A stretch of DNA of 49,267 nucleotides from Eubacteriales bacterium (GCA_045577475.1 JAZNIM010000249.1:1-49267), one strand, 5' to 3'; shown: positions 8,194 to 18,001, counted from the stretch's first letter. Notes: generated by a model from the letters alone, not told the origin. Numbers and translations: made by a program.

Positions 8194-10407
8194 TCATATA
8201 CAGGGTTCTTTGGACAGCTTCATTTTTAGAACTCCGCCGCAAGTAATCTGAGAATAAGTCAGATAGTATCTATCAAGCTTTTCGCCATTAAGGTACATTT
8301 CCTTAATATAACAGTACTCATTGGGATCTTTGTCACATTCTACGGTAAAGGTATCGGATATAGTTCTTGAATGATACTTTTTATCAAGCCTTACAGTTGA
8401 CTTTTTGAACAATGGAGTATTGATATAATATTCCTCATTGCCTATACAAACCTGTGCAAAGCCAAGTGCCGAGAGTACATACCACGCCGAAAGCTGTCCC
8501 ACATCCTCGTTACCGCAAAAGCCGAAGGCACCTTCATTATACGCCTCCTTTTGCACACGACGTGTCCAATACTGCGTTCTATCGGGTTTTCCAAGAATGT
8601 CAAAATAGTGAGTTAAATTATGACAAGGCTCGTTGGAATGATTATAATTTATATTCCAAAGCTTTGAAAAATCCGCCTCCGAAAACAGCTTTTCCAAAAG
8701 TGTAAAGGTTCTTTCTTCACCCATAAGCCTGCTAAGTCCCTTTACATCATAAGGAACAAACCAGGTCTGCTGGAAAATATTGCTCTCAACACAATATTTT
8801 TCGTCATACTCATCCTTAACCTGAATAAAGTTTCCGTCCTCATCTCTGGGGATCATAAAGCCCTGCTTTGAATCATAGTTTTCAGGATAACTGTCTGCTC
8901 TTTTCTTGAAATGAACAGCATCCTCTTCTCTGCCCAGCTTTTTTGCAAGCTTTGCCATAACATAGTCAAAGAGAAGATATTCAAGAGTTATGCTTATGTT
9001 TTCGTGTCTGTAAGCTCGTTCAACCATCGTTTTATAGGGTGGAATTGTTGAATGAAACGGTCTTCCGTAAAGCTCTTTTTCATACATTGACGATGCACGG
9101 CTTATTTCAAAGACTTTTTGGATATCAAAATCAGCAATGCCCTTAAAGTATGCATCAGCAGAAACAAGTAGTCCCGGGTCACCCACCATACAGCCTGCAT
9201 CAATTGCAGCAAGCTCCCATCTTGGAAGAGTGGAGTTTTTATTAAGTGCAATTTTTAACAGTGAATTAACCTCATCGTTTACAACATCGGGACGTATCAC
9301 CGTGAGCAGCGGAAATTCGCTTCTGTAAACATCCCATCCACTGAACATTGTTCTGAACCTAAAATCGGCTTTTTCAACGCTTTCGTCCTGAAGAACAAAT
9401 CTGCCGTCTGCATCGGCGGCTGTTCTGGGATCAAGGAGCACGTGATAAAGACAAGTATAGAACAGCTTCAAATCCTTTTCGTTACTTCCCTCAACGCTTA
9501 CGCCTTCAAAGGCCTCCTCCCACATCGCAGACGCATCTTTTCTCACCTTATCAAAATCAAAAGTGTTCATTTCACATGCAAGATTATTTCTTGCTCCGTC
9601 AAGGTCAACGTAAGACACTCCGCATCTCAGCACAACAGGCATATTCACAGAACTGTCAAACAAAGCAATCATTCCGATGTCTGCACCCTCGCATTTATCA
9701 GCAACGCCGTCAAGATATTCTTCATTTTCAAAGAATTTCACTGCTTTCGGCTTTTCACTCAGCTCCAACGAAAAATAGTAATTATACTTTATTCCGCCTC
9801 GTCCTCTGCCAAAGCCGCCTCCTTCAGGCGAGCATTTAATAACTCCTTCAACAAGCTTACCGTTAACCGTTACACTTTCAAAATCAGCATGTCCTGCAAT
9901 ACGTCTGGAAAAATTAAAAATGATTCTTCTGTCACTGTTTTCAGGGTAAGCAAACCTTAGCATACCGCAATGAACTGTTACTGTAGCCTCAGCAAAAATG
10001 CCGTATTTATCAAGCTTTACGGAATAGTAGCCTGCCTCAGCTTTTTCATTGTCGTGAGAAAAGCGGGATTTCCAACCTTCACGTCCCTTGACAAATGGCA
10101 CTTCGGCATTACTTCCGCTTCTCAAATCTGTTTCTCCCACTACAGGCATTATCTGAAGGTTACCCAAATCTCCATACCAGCCGATACCGCTCATGTGGTT
10201 AAAGCTGAAGCCCTCAATTGTATCATTGCAATAGTTATATCCGGTACCGTTATCGCCTGCTGTTATTGTATCAGGTGAAAGCTGTACCATTCCGAAGGGC
10301 ACACAAGCACCGGGATGTGTTTTCCCTCCGCCATGTACACATCCGGCAGCTTTCTTTTCATCACCTACAGAACCGATAATCGGGTCCACATATTTTGCTT
10401 TATTCAA
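8194..10407 (-). CDS. Glycoside hydrolase family 92 (alpha-mannosidase), apparently cytoplasmic
   Basis: Track ORF 8194..10479. Motifs are YVDPIIGS, GGGKTHPGACVPFGMVQLSPDT and GNEDVGQLSAWYVLSALGF. I prefer TTG 10407, with AGGAGA (10422-10417) 9 nt upstream. There is no signal peptide. Confidence 0.85.
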   Translation of the reverse strand: MNKAKYVDPIIGSVGDEKKAAGCVHGGGKTHPGACVPFGMVQLSPDTITAGDNGTGYNYCNDTIEGFSFNHMSGIGWYGDLGNLQIMPVVGETDLRSGSNAEVPFVKGREGWKSRFSHDNEKAEAGYYSVKLDKYGIFAEATVTVHCGMLRFAYPENSDRRIIFNFSRRIAGHADFESVTVNGKLVEGVIKCSPEGGGFGRGRGGIKYNYYFSLELSEKPKAVKFFENEEYLDGVADKCEGADIGMIALFDSSVNMPVVLRCGVSYVDLDGARNNLACEMNTFDFDKVRKDASAMWEEAFEGVSVEGSNEKDLKLFYTCLYHVLLDPRTAADADGRFVLQDESVEKADFRFRTMFSGWDVYRSEFPLLTVIRPDVVNDEVNSLLKIALNKNSTLPRWELAAIDAGCMVGDPGLLVSADAYFKGIADFDIQKVFEISRASSMYEKELYGRPFHSTIPPYKTMVERAYRHENISITLEYLLFDYVMAKLAKKLGREEDAVHFKKRADSYPENYDSKQGFMIPRDEDGNFIQVKDEYDEKYCVESNIFQQTWFVPYDVKGLSRLMGEERTFTLLEKLFSEADFSKLWNINYNHSNEPCHNLTHYFDILGKPDRTQYWTRRVQKEAYNEGAFGFCGNEDVGQLSAWYVLSALGFAQVCIGNEEYYINTPLFKKSTVRLDKKYHSRTISDTFTVECDKDPNEYCYIKEMYLNGEKLDRYYLTYSQITCGGVLKMKLSKEPCI

Positions 10408-10448
10408 AATAACAATTCTCCTTTTTTTATCATCAACTGCTTGCTTTA

Positions 10449-10495
10449 AAATGATAAGCACAAGCATATTATGAAGCACACTCGGCTTATCATTT
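10449..10495. repeat. 11-bp perfect inverted repeat in the GH92 upstream / Dabb downstream region
   Basis: AAATGATAAGC (10449-10459) pairs with GCTTATCATTT (10485-10495) across a 25-nt spacer. Confidence 0.6.
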
Positions 10496-10543
10496 GTGTA
10501 TTACACGCTTTGTCACTTATTCAACAATTATAGCTCTGATTAT

Positions 10544-10837
10544 TTACTCATCAAAATCCATACACAGGCGTGTTTCCACAAATGGTCTTACCTTATTATC
10601 GGCAACATCAACATGTGCGGGATGTGTGGCATAATTCTTCAGCGATGCTTCGTCCTCAAAAACGGAATAAAGCATTACATCCGCATTTGAAGAAGGCAGC
10701 TTATCAAGCTGTACACGTATTTCCACAAGTCCGTCAATTACTCCTTTAAGAGCTTCAAGACCCGACTTTATGCCGTTTTTTACTTCATCGTTATTACATT
10801 CTTCTTTAAGTTTCCAAAGTATAATGTGCTTTACCAT
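10544..10837 (-). CDS. Dabb (stress-responsive alpha/beta barrel) family protein
   Basis: 97 aa. The sequence MVKHIILWKLKE...YATHPAHVDV fits the Dabb pattern. It begins 11 nt after the FAD-oxidase gene. Confidence 0.75.
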   Translation of the reverse strand: MVKHIILWKLKEECNNDEVKNGIKSGLEALKGVIDGLVEIRVQLDKLPSSNADVMLYSVFEDEASLKNYATHPAHVDVADNKVRPFVETRLCMDFDE

Positions 10838-10848
10838 TTTAATTCCTC

Positions 10849-12243
10849 TTACTTCATAATTTTTCCTGGATTGAGAATATTCTTTGAGTCAAATACGTTC
10901 TTAATTCCCTTCATTATTTCAATAGGTGTTTCGCCGTACAATTCTCTCAGGTAGCCTTTCTTTGCAAAGCCGATACCGTGCTCACCCGAAACAAGTCCGC
11001 CAAGCTCTTTAGCTTTGGTATACATGCGGTCAAAGCACTTTTCAAGAACATCTTCCCAAGCCTTTTCATCAAGTGCATCACGGCAGATGTAAACATGAAG
11101 GTTTCCGTCGCCTGCATGACCGAATGAGGGAATTCTTACCTTCATTTCATCGGCAAGTGTATGGGTAAACTTAATGAATTCGTCAACCTTATTTACGGGA
11201 ACAACAACGTCACATTCATCCATTTCGGTGGTTGAAGCCTTGATTGCTTCAAGGAATGCTCCTCTTGCTGACCAAACAGACTTTTTTCTCTCCTCGGTAT
11301 CAACGATATACACGTCAAGTGCACCAATATCAAGACAAAGGTCGGCAACAGCCTTCATGTCAGCATCAACCTGAGAATCGGTAGTGCCGTCAAAGGTAAG
11401 AAGAATGTAAGCATCATTCTTTGTATCGGGGAACTTTTTACCCAGATAGTCCTCAGAAAACAGGATTGTATCACGGGACATATATTCGATTGCTGTGGGT
11501 GTTACCTTTGATGAGAAAATCTTGGGAACAGCTTCAATTGCCGTTTTCATATCGGGAAACGGTACAAGAAGGCTGACAGAAATCTTAGGCAGAGGTACAA
11601 GTTTTAGAACAGCTTCGGTGATAATACAAAGCGTTCCTTCAGAACCTACAACCAAGTCTTTAAGGCTGTAGCCTGAGCTGTTCTTTGCAACCTTTCCGCC
11701 AAGCTTCAGAATTTCTCCGTTCGGCATAACAACCGTAAGTGCTCTTACATAGTCACGTGTAACACCGTATTTTACGGCTCTCATACCGCCTGCGTTGGTG
11801 GAAATATTACCGCCGATTGTTGCGGACTTTTCACCGGGATCCGGAGGATAGAGAAAATCGTTTTCTTCGGCAAAAGCCGCAAGCTCCATGAGAAGTACGC
11901 CCGGCTGTACCGTAACAGTCAAGGTGTTCTTATCAAGCTCCAGAATTTTATTCATTCCCGTTGTTTCAAGAAGTATTCCTCCCTCAACGGGAACAGCCGC
12001 ACCTACAAGTCCCGTTCCGCTGCCTCTGACAGTAACAGGAATGGTTCTATCCCATGCAAGCTTCATAATTTCGGATACTTCCTCGGTTGTATGCACACGC
12101 ACAAGAACCTCAGGCATTTTTTCAATGCCGCCAAGCTCATCGTGACCGTAGTCGGGATTAATGTCATCCCCTGAAATTACGTTATCAACTCCTGCAATTG
12201 CCTGCAGTTTTTTTATATCCTCGGCAGAAACTTTATTATACAT
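10849..12243 (-). CDS. FAD-linked oxidase (GlcD / D-lactate dehydrogenase family), LctD-like
   Basis: 464 aa. The FAD-binding PCMH segment reads [16 protein letters not shown]. The C-terminal part has [10 protein letters not shown]. The start overlaps the etfA stop by 8 nt. Confidence 0.8.
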   Translation of the reverse strand: MYNKVSAEDIKKLQAIAGVDNVISGDDINPDYGHDELGGIEKMPEVLVRVHTTEEVSEIMKLAWDRTIPVTVRGSGTGLVGAAVPVEGGILLETTGMNKILELDKNTLTVTVQPGVLLMELAAFAEENDFLYPPDPGEKSATIGGNISTNAGGMRAVKYGVTRDYVRALTVVMPNGEILKLGGKVAKNSSGYSLKDLVVGSEGTLCIITEAVLKLVPLPKISVSLLVPFPDMKTAIEAVPKIFSSKVTPTAIEYMSRDTILFSEDYLGKKFPDTKNDAYILLTFDGTTDSQVDADMKAVADLCLDIGALDVYIVDTEERKKSVWSARGAFLEAIKASTTEMDECDVVVPVNKVDEFIKFTHTLADEMKVRIPSFGHAGDGNLHVYICRDALDEKAWEDVLEKCFDRMYTKAKELGGLVSGEHGIGFAKKGYLRELYGETPIEIMKGIKNVFDSKNILNPGKIMK

Positions 12244-13432
12244 CAGCTCTTACCTCCTTGATTTTTTCAATAAGCTTTGGCACAATCTCGTTTACATCTC
12301 CCACAACCGCATAATGTGCCACGTCAAAAATAGGAGCCGATTTATCGGTATTCACCGCCACAATGCAGTCACTTGACTTCATACCTGCGGCAAACTGAAC
12401 AGCACCCGAAATACCAAGGCAAATAATGAACTTAGGCTTTACTGTTCTTCCCGAAAGACCTATCTGGTGCTTTGCATCATAGATGTTTCCTTCAACAAGA
12501 GGACGGGAACATGCAACAACACCGCCGAGCAAATCAGCAAGTTCTTTTGCATAACCTCTCATGGTTTCACTCATTGCACCTCTGCCTACAGCAACAATAA
12601 CATCCGATTCGGATATATCAATGTCCTTTGGCTTATTAACAGAGCTGATTATGTCAATTGCGGATGTAAGGCTTGCACAATCAATATCCATTTTTACAAT
12701 TTCGCCGCTTTCCGTATCTGAAGGCACAGGTTCATTGAACACCTTATATCTTGCTGTACAGAACTGCGGACGGGTATCGGGAGAAATAATCTGTGCCATA
12801 ATATTGCCGCCGAAGGCAGGACGAATCTGCACAAGGTCGGTGTTTTCCTTCATTTCAAGAACCGTACAGTCGGCTGTAAGTCCTGCACGTCTGCGTGCTG
12901 CAACTCTCGGTGCAAGCTGACGGCCGAGATTGGTTGCACCCACAAGAATTGATGAAGGCTTAACCTTTTCAATGAAGTCACAAAATGCCGTTGTATAAGG
13001 CTCAATTCTGAAATCTTCAAAGGCTTCGTTATCATACACGAAAACCTTATCCACACCGTATCTCAGCAGCTTTTTTACGCTGTCGCCGAGATTATTTCCG
13101 ATGACAAGTGCATAAACGGGGTGTCCCGTCACGCTTGCAAGTTCTTTTGCTTTTCCCAAAAGCTCGTATGTAACTCTGTGGATTTTTTCATCGCAGTGGT
13201 CTACATACACGCACACACCGTTCCACAGCGATTTGTCGATGCTTGCCTTGACTTCTTCTCTGTATTCAATGACTCCCTCGCCCTTTTTAACGCACATCTT
13301 ACACATTTTGCAGGCAGAGGAAATATCTATCTTTCCGTTTTCATAGCTGATGGCACCGAAAGGACAGATGTCAACGAGCTTTTTTGCATTTTCTTCGTTT
13401 ACTTTGTTCTGATTAACAAACAAGCTTCCCAT
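12236..13432 (-). CDS. etfA: Electron transfer flavoprotein alpha subunit with an N-terminal ferredoxin-like 4-Cys domain
   Basis: 398 aa. The N-terminus has ICPFGAI...CKMCKMC (CP plus CxxCxxC). The remainder is EtfA-like ([12 protein letters not shown]). Confidence 0.85.
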   Translation of the reverse strand: MGSLFVNQNKVNEENAKKLVDICPFGAISYENGKIDISSACKMCKMCVKKGEGVIEYREEVKASIDKSLWNGVCVYVDHCDEKIHRVTYELLGKAKELASVTGHPVYALVIGNNLGDSVKKLLRYGVDKVFVYDNEAFEDFRIEPYTTAFCDFIEKVKPSSILVGATNLGRQLAPRVAARRRAGLTADCTVLEMKENTDLVQIRPAFGGNIMAQIISPDTRPQFCTARYKVFNEPVPSDTESGEIVKMDIDCASLTSAIDIISSVNKPKDIDISESDVIVAVGRGAMSETMRGYAKELADLLGGVVACSRPLVEGNIYDAKHQIGLSGRTVKPKFIICLGISGAVQFAAGMKSSDCIVAVNTDKSAPIFDVAHYAVVGDVNEIVPKLIEKIKEVRADV

Positions 13433-13444
13433 TTCGGCACCTCC

Positions 13445-14233
13445 TTATATAATCTTTCTTTTCTTTATTAGCTCAAAAAGTCCCTGTGACTGTTGTTCGC
13501 TGTCACCCTCAATTGAGCTTTTCTCGGTATTCTTCTCAGGCGGGAAAATTCTTTCAACCTGAGTTGCCGAGCCGTTAAGACCATAGTTATTAACATTCTT
13601 ATCGTCAAAGTCGTCAAAGCTGAGGAACTTAACCATATCATCGGTAACGCTCTGCTTCACCTTGTACGAAGGAAGTCTTGGTGAATTTATGTCGCCGTCA
13701 ACACTTATAAGGCAAGGAAGCTTTACGGACATCTTTACAATCTTTTCGTCAAGAGTTGCCGTAACATATGCCTTACCGTCCTTAACATCATCCACGGACA
13801 AAACATTCGACACATTGGGAAGTCCCAGAAATTCCGCAACCTCCGCACCTACCTGAGCTGTATCGCCGTCGGTAGTCTGCTTACCGCAAACAATAAGGTC
13901 AAAGTCCCCTGCCTTTTTTATACCCTGTGAAAGAGTATAGGCAGTTGCAAGAACATCCGCACCTGCAAATTTTCTGTCTGACAGCACGCTTCCGCACTCT
14001 GCACCCATGCAGATAGACTCAACTATCACACCTTTAGCCTGAGGCGGTCCCATTGTTATTGTCTGAACCCTTCCGCCGAATTTTTCACACAATGAAAGAG
14101 CCAGCTCAATTCCGTACAAGTCATATGGATTCATTTTGCTCTGAATACCGTCACGTTTAAGTACGCCTGTTACAGGATCGACCTCTACATTTGACGACCC
14201 GGGAACCTGTTTTATACAAACAAGAATATTCAT
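13445..14233 (-). CDS. etfB: Electron transfer flavoprotein beta subunit
   Basis: Track ORF runs to 14257. MNILVCIKQVPG is the canonical EtfB N-terminus. ATG 14233 is preceded by GGAGAGTGGAG. Confidence 0.85.
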   Translation of the reverse strand: MNILVCIKQVPGSSNVEVDPVTGVLKRDGIQSKMNPYDLYGIELALSLCEKFGGRVQTITMGPPQAKGVIVESICMGAECGSVLSDRKFAGADVLATAYTLSQGIKKAGDFDLIVCGKQTTDGDTAQVGAEVAEFLGLPNVSNVLSVDDVKDGKAYVTATLDEKIVKMSVKLPCLISVDGDINSPRLPSYKVKQSVTDDMVKFLSFDDFDDKNVNNYGLNGSATQVERIFPPEKNTEKSSIEGDSEQQSQGLFELIKKRKII

Positions 14234-14269
14234 TTTCTCCACTCTCCTGAATATCATTTTTTCTGCATA

Positions 14270-14298
14270 ATTTTACCACAAATCAGCATTAATAACAA
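14270..14298 (-). promoter_or_regulatory. Sigma-70-type promoter (extended -10) for etfB-etfA-oxidase-Dabb
   Basis: On the minus strand: TTGTTA (14298-14293), a 17-nt spacer, then TGgTAAAAT (-10 at 14275-14270). It lies about 37 nt upstream of ATG 14233. Confidence 0.55.
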
Positions 14299-14338
14299 GT
14301 ACTTTTTCAACATTTTGTTCAATTTTGGTATAATATAC

Positions 14339-14368
14339 AAAAACGGCAGTGAATGTTTGTCACTGCCG
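14339..14368 (-). terminator. Rho-independent terminator after the HTH-serine dehydratase gene
   Basis: The minus-strand RNA reads CGGCAGUGA-caaacau-UCACUGCCG followed by UUUUUG. A second small hairpin, ATGCGG-taat-CCGCAT, sits at 14379-14394. Confidence 0.8.
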
Positions 14369-14397
14369 ATAATGTTGTATGCGGATTACCGCATCTT

Positions 14398-15840
14398 TCA
14401 TTTATTCTGTTTCAGCAAGATTTTTGCAAGTCCCGCCTCCGAGGTTTCTTTATAAGCCCTGTGCATATCCATTCCCGTTTCCTTCATTGTTCGGATTACC
14501 TTGTCAAGGGATATTTTTCTTGTATCCCAAAGGAAGCTTGCAAGGCTCACCGCGTTTATTGCACGCATTGCGGCAACTGCATTACGTTCAATACACGGTA
14601 TCTGCACAAGACCGCAAATCGGGTCGCAGGTCAGTCCAAGGTGATGTTCTATTGCAATTTCCGCCGCATATTCAATTTTTTCAATTGAAAGCTCAAAAAG
14701 CTCACCCAGTGCTGCCGCCGCCATTGCACAAGCACTGCCAACTTCCGCCTGACAACCGCATTCCGCACCCGAAATTGATGCGTTAGTCTTAATTAGATTT
14801 CCGATTATACCTGCAGTCATAAGAGCTTGTACAATTTTTTCATCACTAAAGCCTTGTTTCTGCTGCTGATAATACAGCACAGCCGGCAGAATTCCCGCAG
14901 CACCGCAGGTTGGAGCTGTTACAATTCTCTCACCCATGGCATTCTGCTCACCTATTGCAAAGGCATAAGAGCAAACCATACGCTGCTCCCTTGTTTGTGC
15001 GGATTCATCAATATGCACGCTGTTGAACAGGGATTTTGCCTTTTTTTGAACTCCAAGTCCGCCGGGAAGCGTGCCTGTATCACGAAGACCGTTTTCAATT
15101 GACTGCTTCATTGCATTCCAGATTTCATTCATATACGCTGAAAAGCCATCTGTTTCACATTCAAGTGCATATTGCCACAGCCTTATGGATTTTTCATTGC
15201 AATATCGGGCGATGTCTTCAAAATTACAAAGACTGTACACCTTTTCAGGAATTTTTACGTCATCGTTTTCAAAGACAATACTGCCTCCCCCGACGCTGAA
15301 AACTCTTGCTCTGTCAAGCTCTTTTCCGTCTTTGAAGCTCACAAGCTCCATGGTATTGGGATGTGGAATATCATCTTTAACGCAATCAAAGGTGATATTA
15401 CATTCACAGGGAGATAAAGTCTTTTTAATCACGGTGTCTGTTCCATGACCCTTACCTGTCTTTGCAAGAGAACCGAAAAGCGTTACACTAAAAAAGTCTG
15501 CATTAGGATTTCTTTCCTTAAAAGCCATACAGGCTCTTTCGGGTCCGATGGTATGTGAGCTTGAAGGACCTCGTCCGATTTTATAAAGCTCGGTCAAGGA
15601 CTCCATGCCGCAACCGCTTTTTTCGTTTGATGGTACAGCATCATCTTTAAAAAAAGATTCTACCGAAACCTTGAACAGCTTTGAAAGCATAATTAGATTT
15701 TGCCCTGACGGTTTTGAAAGACCCGACTCCCACTTTGAAACAGCTCTGTCACTTATTCCAAGGTATTCCCCCAGTTTCTTTTGAGTCAGCCCGTTATTCT
15801 CTCTCAGTTCCTTAATTCTTTTCTGCAAAAAGTTATTCAC
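14398..15840 (-). CDS. HTH_XRE DNA-binding domain fused to a single-chain iron-sulfur L-serine dehydratase (beta + alpha domains)
   Basis: Track ORF 14398..15864 (488 aa). The N-terminus is NNFLQKRIKELRENNGLTQKKLGEYLGISDRAVSKWESG (XRE HTH). Next comes YKIGRGPSSSHTIGP (SDH beta). The alpha domain follows with SGAECGCQAEVGSAC and GLTCDPICGLVQIPCIERN (Cys ligands). I prefer GTG 15840, with GAGGAG 9 nt upstream. ATG 15864 has no SD. Confidence 0.8.
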   Translation of the reverse strand: MNNFLQKRIKELRENNGLTQKKLGEYLGISDRAVSKWESGLSKPSGQNLIMLSKLFKVSVESFFKDDAVPSNEKSGCGMESLTELYKIGRGPSSSHTIGPERACMAFKERNPNADFFSVTLFGSLAKTGKGHGTDTVIKKTLSPCECNITFDCVKDDIPHPNTMELVSFKDGKELDRARVFSVGGGSIVFENDDVKIPEKVYSLCNFEDIARYCNEKSIRLWQYALECETDGFSAYMNEIWNAMKQSIENGLRDTGTLPGGLGVQKKAKSLFNSVHIDESAQTREQRMVCSYAFAIGEQNAMGERIVTAPTCGAAGILPAVLYYQQQKQGFSDEKIVQALMTAGIIGNLIKTNASISGAECGCQAEVGSACAMAAAALGELFELSIEKIEYAAEIAIEHHLGLTCDPICGLVQIPCIERNAVAAMRAINAVSLASFLWDTRKISLDKVIRTMKETGMDMHRAYKETSEAGLAKILLKQNK

Positions 15841-15874
15841 CGTTTTGTTCTCCTCTTTAAACATGGCTTAACTT

Positions 15875-15903
15875 ATTATAGACAATATCACTCCAACTAT
15901 AAA
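15875..15903 (-). promoter_or_regulatory. Candidate promoter of the HTH-serine dehydratase gene
   Basis: On the minus strand: TTTATA (15903-15898), a 17-nt spacer, then TATAAT (15880-15875). A TCAACC-N3-GGTTGA palindrome lies at 15935-15949, just upstream. Confidence 0.4.
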
Positions 15904-15983
15904 GGCTTTAAGGAAAAAATTTTCTTTTGTAAACTCAACCTCAGGTTGATATATTTGATGCCATAATAAATAAGATTAAGGAG

Positions 15984-16979
15984 CTATATTTTGAGGATTT
16001 CCCTCATTGTGGGCAAAATTGCCTTTGCCATCCTGTAGAACCCAAGGTCATTGGGGTGAGTCATATCAATTGTGCAAAGCTGTCTGTCTTCGCTTCCAAA
16101 GAAGGTTTCGCCGTCAACGAAATACACGTTTTTATCGCCGCCACTCTTGGCATTGAGATATGTCTGCATTACTACATCACGGCGTTCACTTCCGTCGCAA
16201 GTATGGTCAAAATTCGGTCTTGTAAGAAACAGTACGGGAACATTCGGATGCTTTTCACGTATTCTCTTGAAGAACGGCTCATGAGTTGCCGCAAGATGCT
16301 CAACCGTAGGTGCGTTATGGTCATAGTCCATAACAAACAGGCTCATATCAAAGGTATTGATATAATCTGCCATTTCAAGCTCACCTCTTGCACTTCCCGA
16401 AAAGCCCATGTTATAAAAATCCATATCAAGCCATCTTGACAGCAGTGCAACATAGTTATTAGTAACATTACAGCTACAGCCGCCCTCTGTTATTGATGAG
16501 CCGTAAAACACAGCTTTGCCGTACTTATAAGGTGTCGGTTCTGTTACAACGGCTTCTTTGGGAATATCTATTTCAACCGCTTCTATCACCTCGTTACGCA
16601 AAAGCCACAACGTTACATCCTGCATTTCGGGAGATTTAAAGAACTTCTTTTCAAACTGCTTGGTTTCATAATTTGGTGGACACAAAATCCCCTTAAATTC
16701 GCTGTTTTGTCTGTCCCCCACATACACATTTACCGACTGGCACGAATACAAACTCATGCCAATATCAACGCCGAGAGTTTTAAGCTTTACACGTACGGTA
16801 AATTCAGACGCATTCGTTCTGAAGCCTATTCTTGCCCCGGGTGTGCGTCTGCCTAAAAATTCAAGGCTTTTTAATTTTTCGCGAAGCTCTGAGGGCACTC
16901 TTTCAAATATCTTCTTTTCTTCAAAAAAAGGTACGCCGAATACAGTTATCGGTTTTTCAAAGCAGCTATATGTTTTCAT
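15984..16979 (-). CDS. SGNH/GDSL-family hydrolase with an N-terminal beta-sandwich domain
   Basis: Track ORF runs to 17009. Block I is FYGSSITEGG, and DYDHN comes late in the sequence. ATG 16979 is preceded by AAGGAG. Confidence 0.7.
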   Translation of the reverse strand: MKTYSCFEKPITVFGVPFFEEKKIFERVPSELREKLKSLEFLGRRTPGARIGFRTNASEFTVRVKLKTLGVDIGMSLYSCQSVNVYVGDRQNSEFKGILCPPNYETKQFEKKFFKSPEMQDVTLWLLRNEVIEAVEIDIPKEAVVTEPTPYKYGKAVFYGSSITEGGCSCNVTNNYVALLSRWLDMDFYNMGFSGSARGELEMADYINTFDMSLFVMDYDHNAPTVEHLAATHEPFFKRIREKHPNVPVLFLTRPNFDHTCDGSERRDVVMQTYLNAKSGGDKNVYFVDGETFFGSEDRQLCTIDMTHPNDLGFYRMAKAILPTMREILKI

Positions 16980-17029
16980 AATTATCTCCTTACTTTTCAC
17001 GGTATTCAAAAAAACTTATGTACTCCCTT

Positions 17030-18001
17030 TTACATAGCAAACTGAAATACGCAGTAGCATGCATAAATTACAAGCAGCAGTATTCCTTGCATTCTTGAGA
17101 GCTTTCCTCTGATGAGCGAGGGAATTATCAACAAAGACATAACCAGGAACATCACGGGTATATCAACCGCAAGAGAAACATTCATACCGTTTGACAGGGT
17201 ATTGTCGGGTATTGAAAAAGGTGCAAGAACGTTTGACACGCCGCTCACAAGCACAATATTAAAAAGGTTTGCACCGATTATATTACCGAGTGACAGCGAG
17301 CCATGTCCCTTTACAAGTGAGGTTATTGCGGTAACAAGCTCAGGAAGTGAAGTTCCAAGAGCCACAAAAGTAAGTGCAATAACAGATTCCGGTACTCCCA
17401 GCTTTTGTGCAATTATTGTTCCGTTGTCAACAAGTAATCTTGCTCCAACAGCTATTATGGCAGCTCCCACAACAAGAAGAATAATATCCTTTGCCGCAGA
17501 GCCTTTCGGTATATCTTGTGTATCTTCTGTGTTTTTTGCCATCTGAAGTTCTTTTTTTGCCTGAAAAACATTCAGCGTCATATACACAAGGAACATGCCT
17601 ACAAGTATAAAACCTACTGTTCTGGAAAAGAATCCGCTTGTATATGCAACTGAGGAATACAATACAGCCGCAACAAAGAAAAATGTAACAGGAAGTATCA
17701 TAGGCTTACGCTTAGTTTCCGAAGGATGAATTGCAATAGTAATTGCGGCAATCAGCGAGGTATTACATATAATCGAGCCAATTGCATTACCATAGGCAAT
17801 TTCTCCCTGTCCGCCAAGAGCACTTGTTGCCGAAACCATTACCTCGGGAAGCGTTGTGCCGATGGAAACAACAGTTGCACCTATAAGTATTTCAGGAAGG
17901 TGAAATCTGTGTGCAATATTACATGCACTGTCTACAAACACATCTCCGCCTTTTATCAAAAGCACAAGTCCTACAACAAAAAGCAATATCGGTATAAACA
18001 T
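17030..18001 (-). CDS. Ca2+/Na+ antiporter (CaCA, YrbG-like)
   Basis: 323 aa and polytopic. It has two alpha-repeats, SIGTTLPEV and LGTSLPELV. Confidence 0.8.
   Translation of the reverse strand: MFIPILLFVVGLVLLIKGGDVFVDSACNIAHRFHLPEILIGATVVSIGTTLPEVMVSATSALGGQGEIAYGNAIGSIICNTSLIAAITIAIHPSETKRKPMILPVTFFFVAAVLYSSVAYTSGFFSRTVGFILVGMFLVYMTLNVFQAKKELQMAKNTEDTQDIPKGSAAKDIILLVVGAAIIAVGARLLVDNGTIIAQKLGVPESVIALTFVALGTSLPELVTAITSLVKGHGSLSLGNIIGANLFNIVLVSGVSNVLAPFSIPDNTLSNGMNVSLAVDIPVMFLVMSLLIIPSLIRGKLSRMQGILLLVIYACYCVFQFAM

Noticed and set aside
14306-14333. A plus-strand promoter-like TGgTATAAT (14325-14333) and a TTCAAC-N5-GTTCAA near-palindrome in the etfB / serine dehydratase intergenic region.
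   Set aside because: No plus-strand gene lies downstream, so it would only fire into the terminator and the antisense of the dehydratase. The -35 is poor and the palindrome is imperfect. It is likely a chance match in AT-rich DNA.
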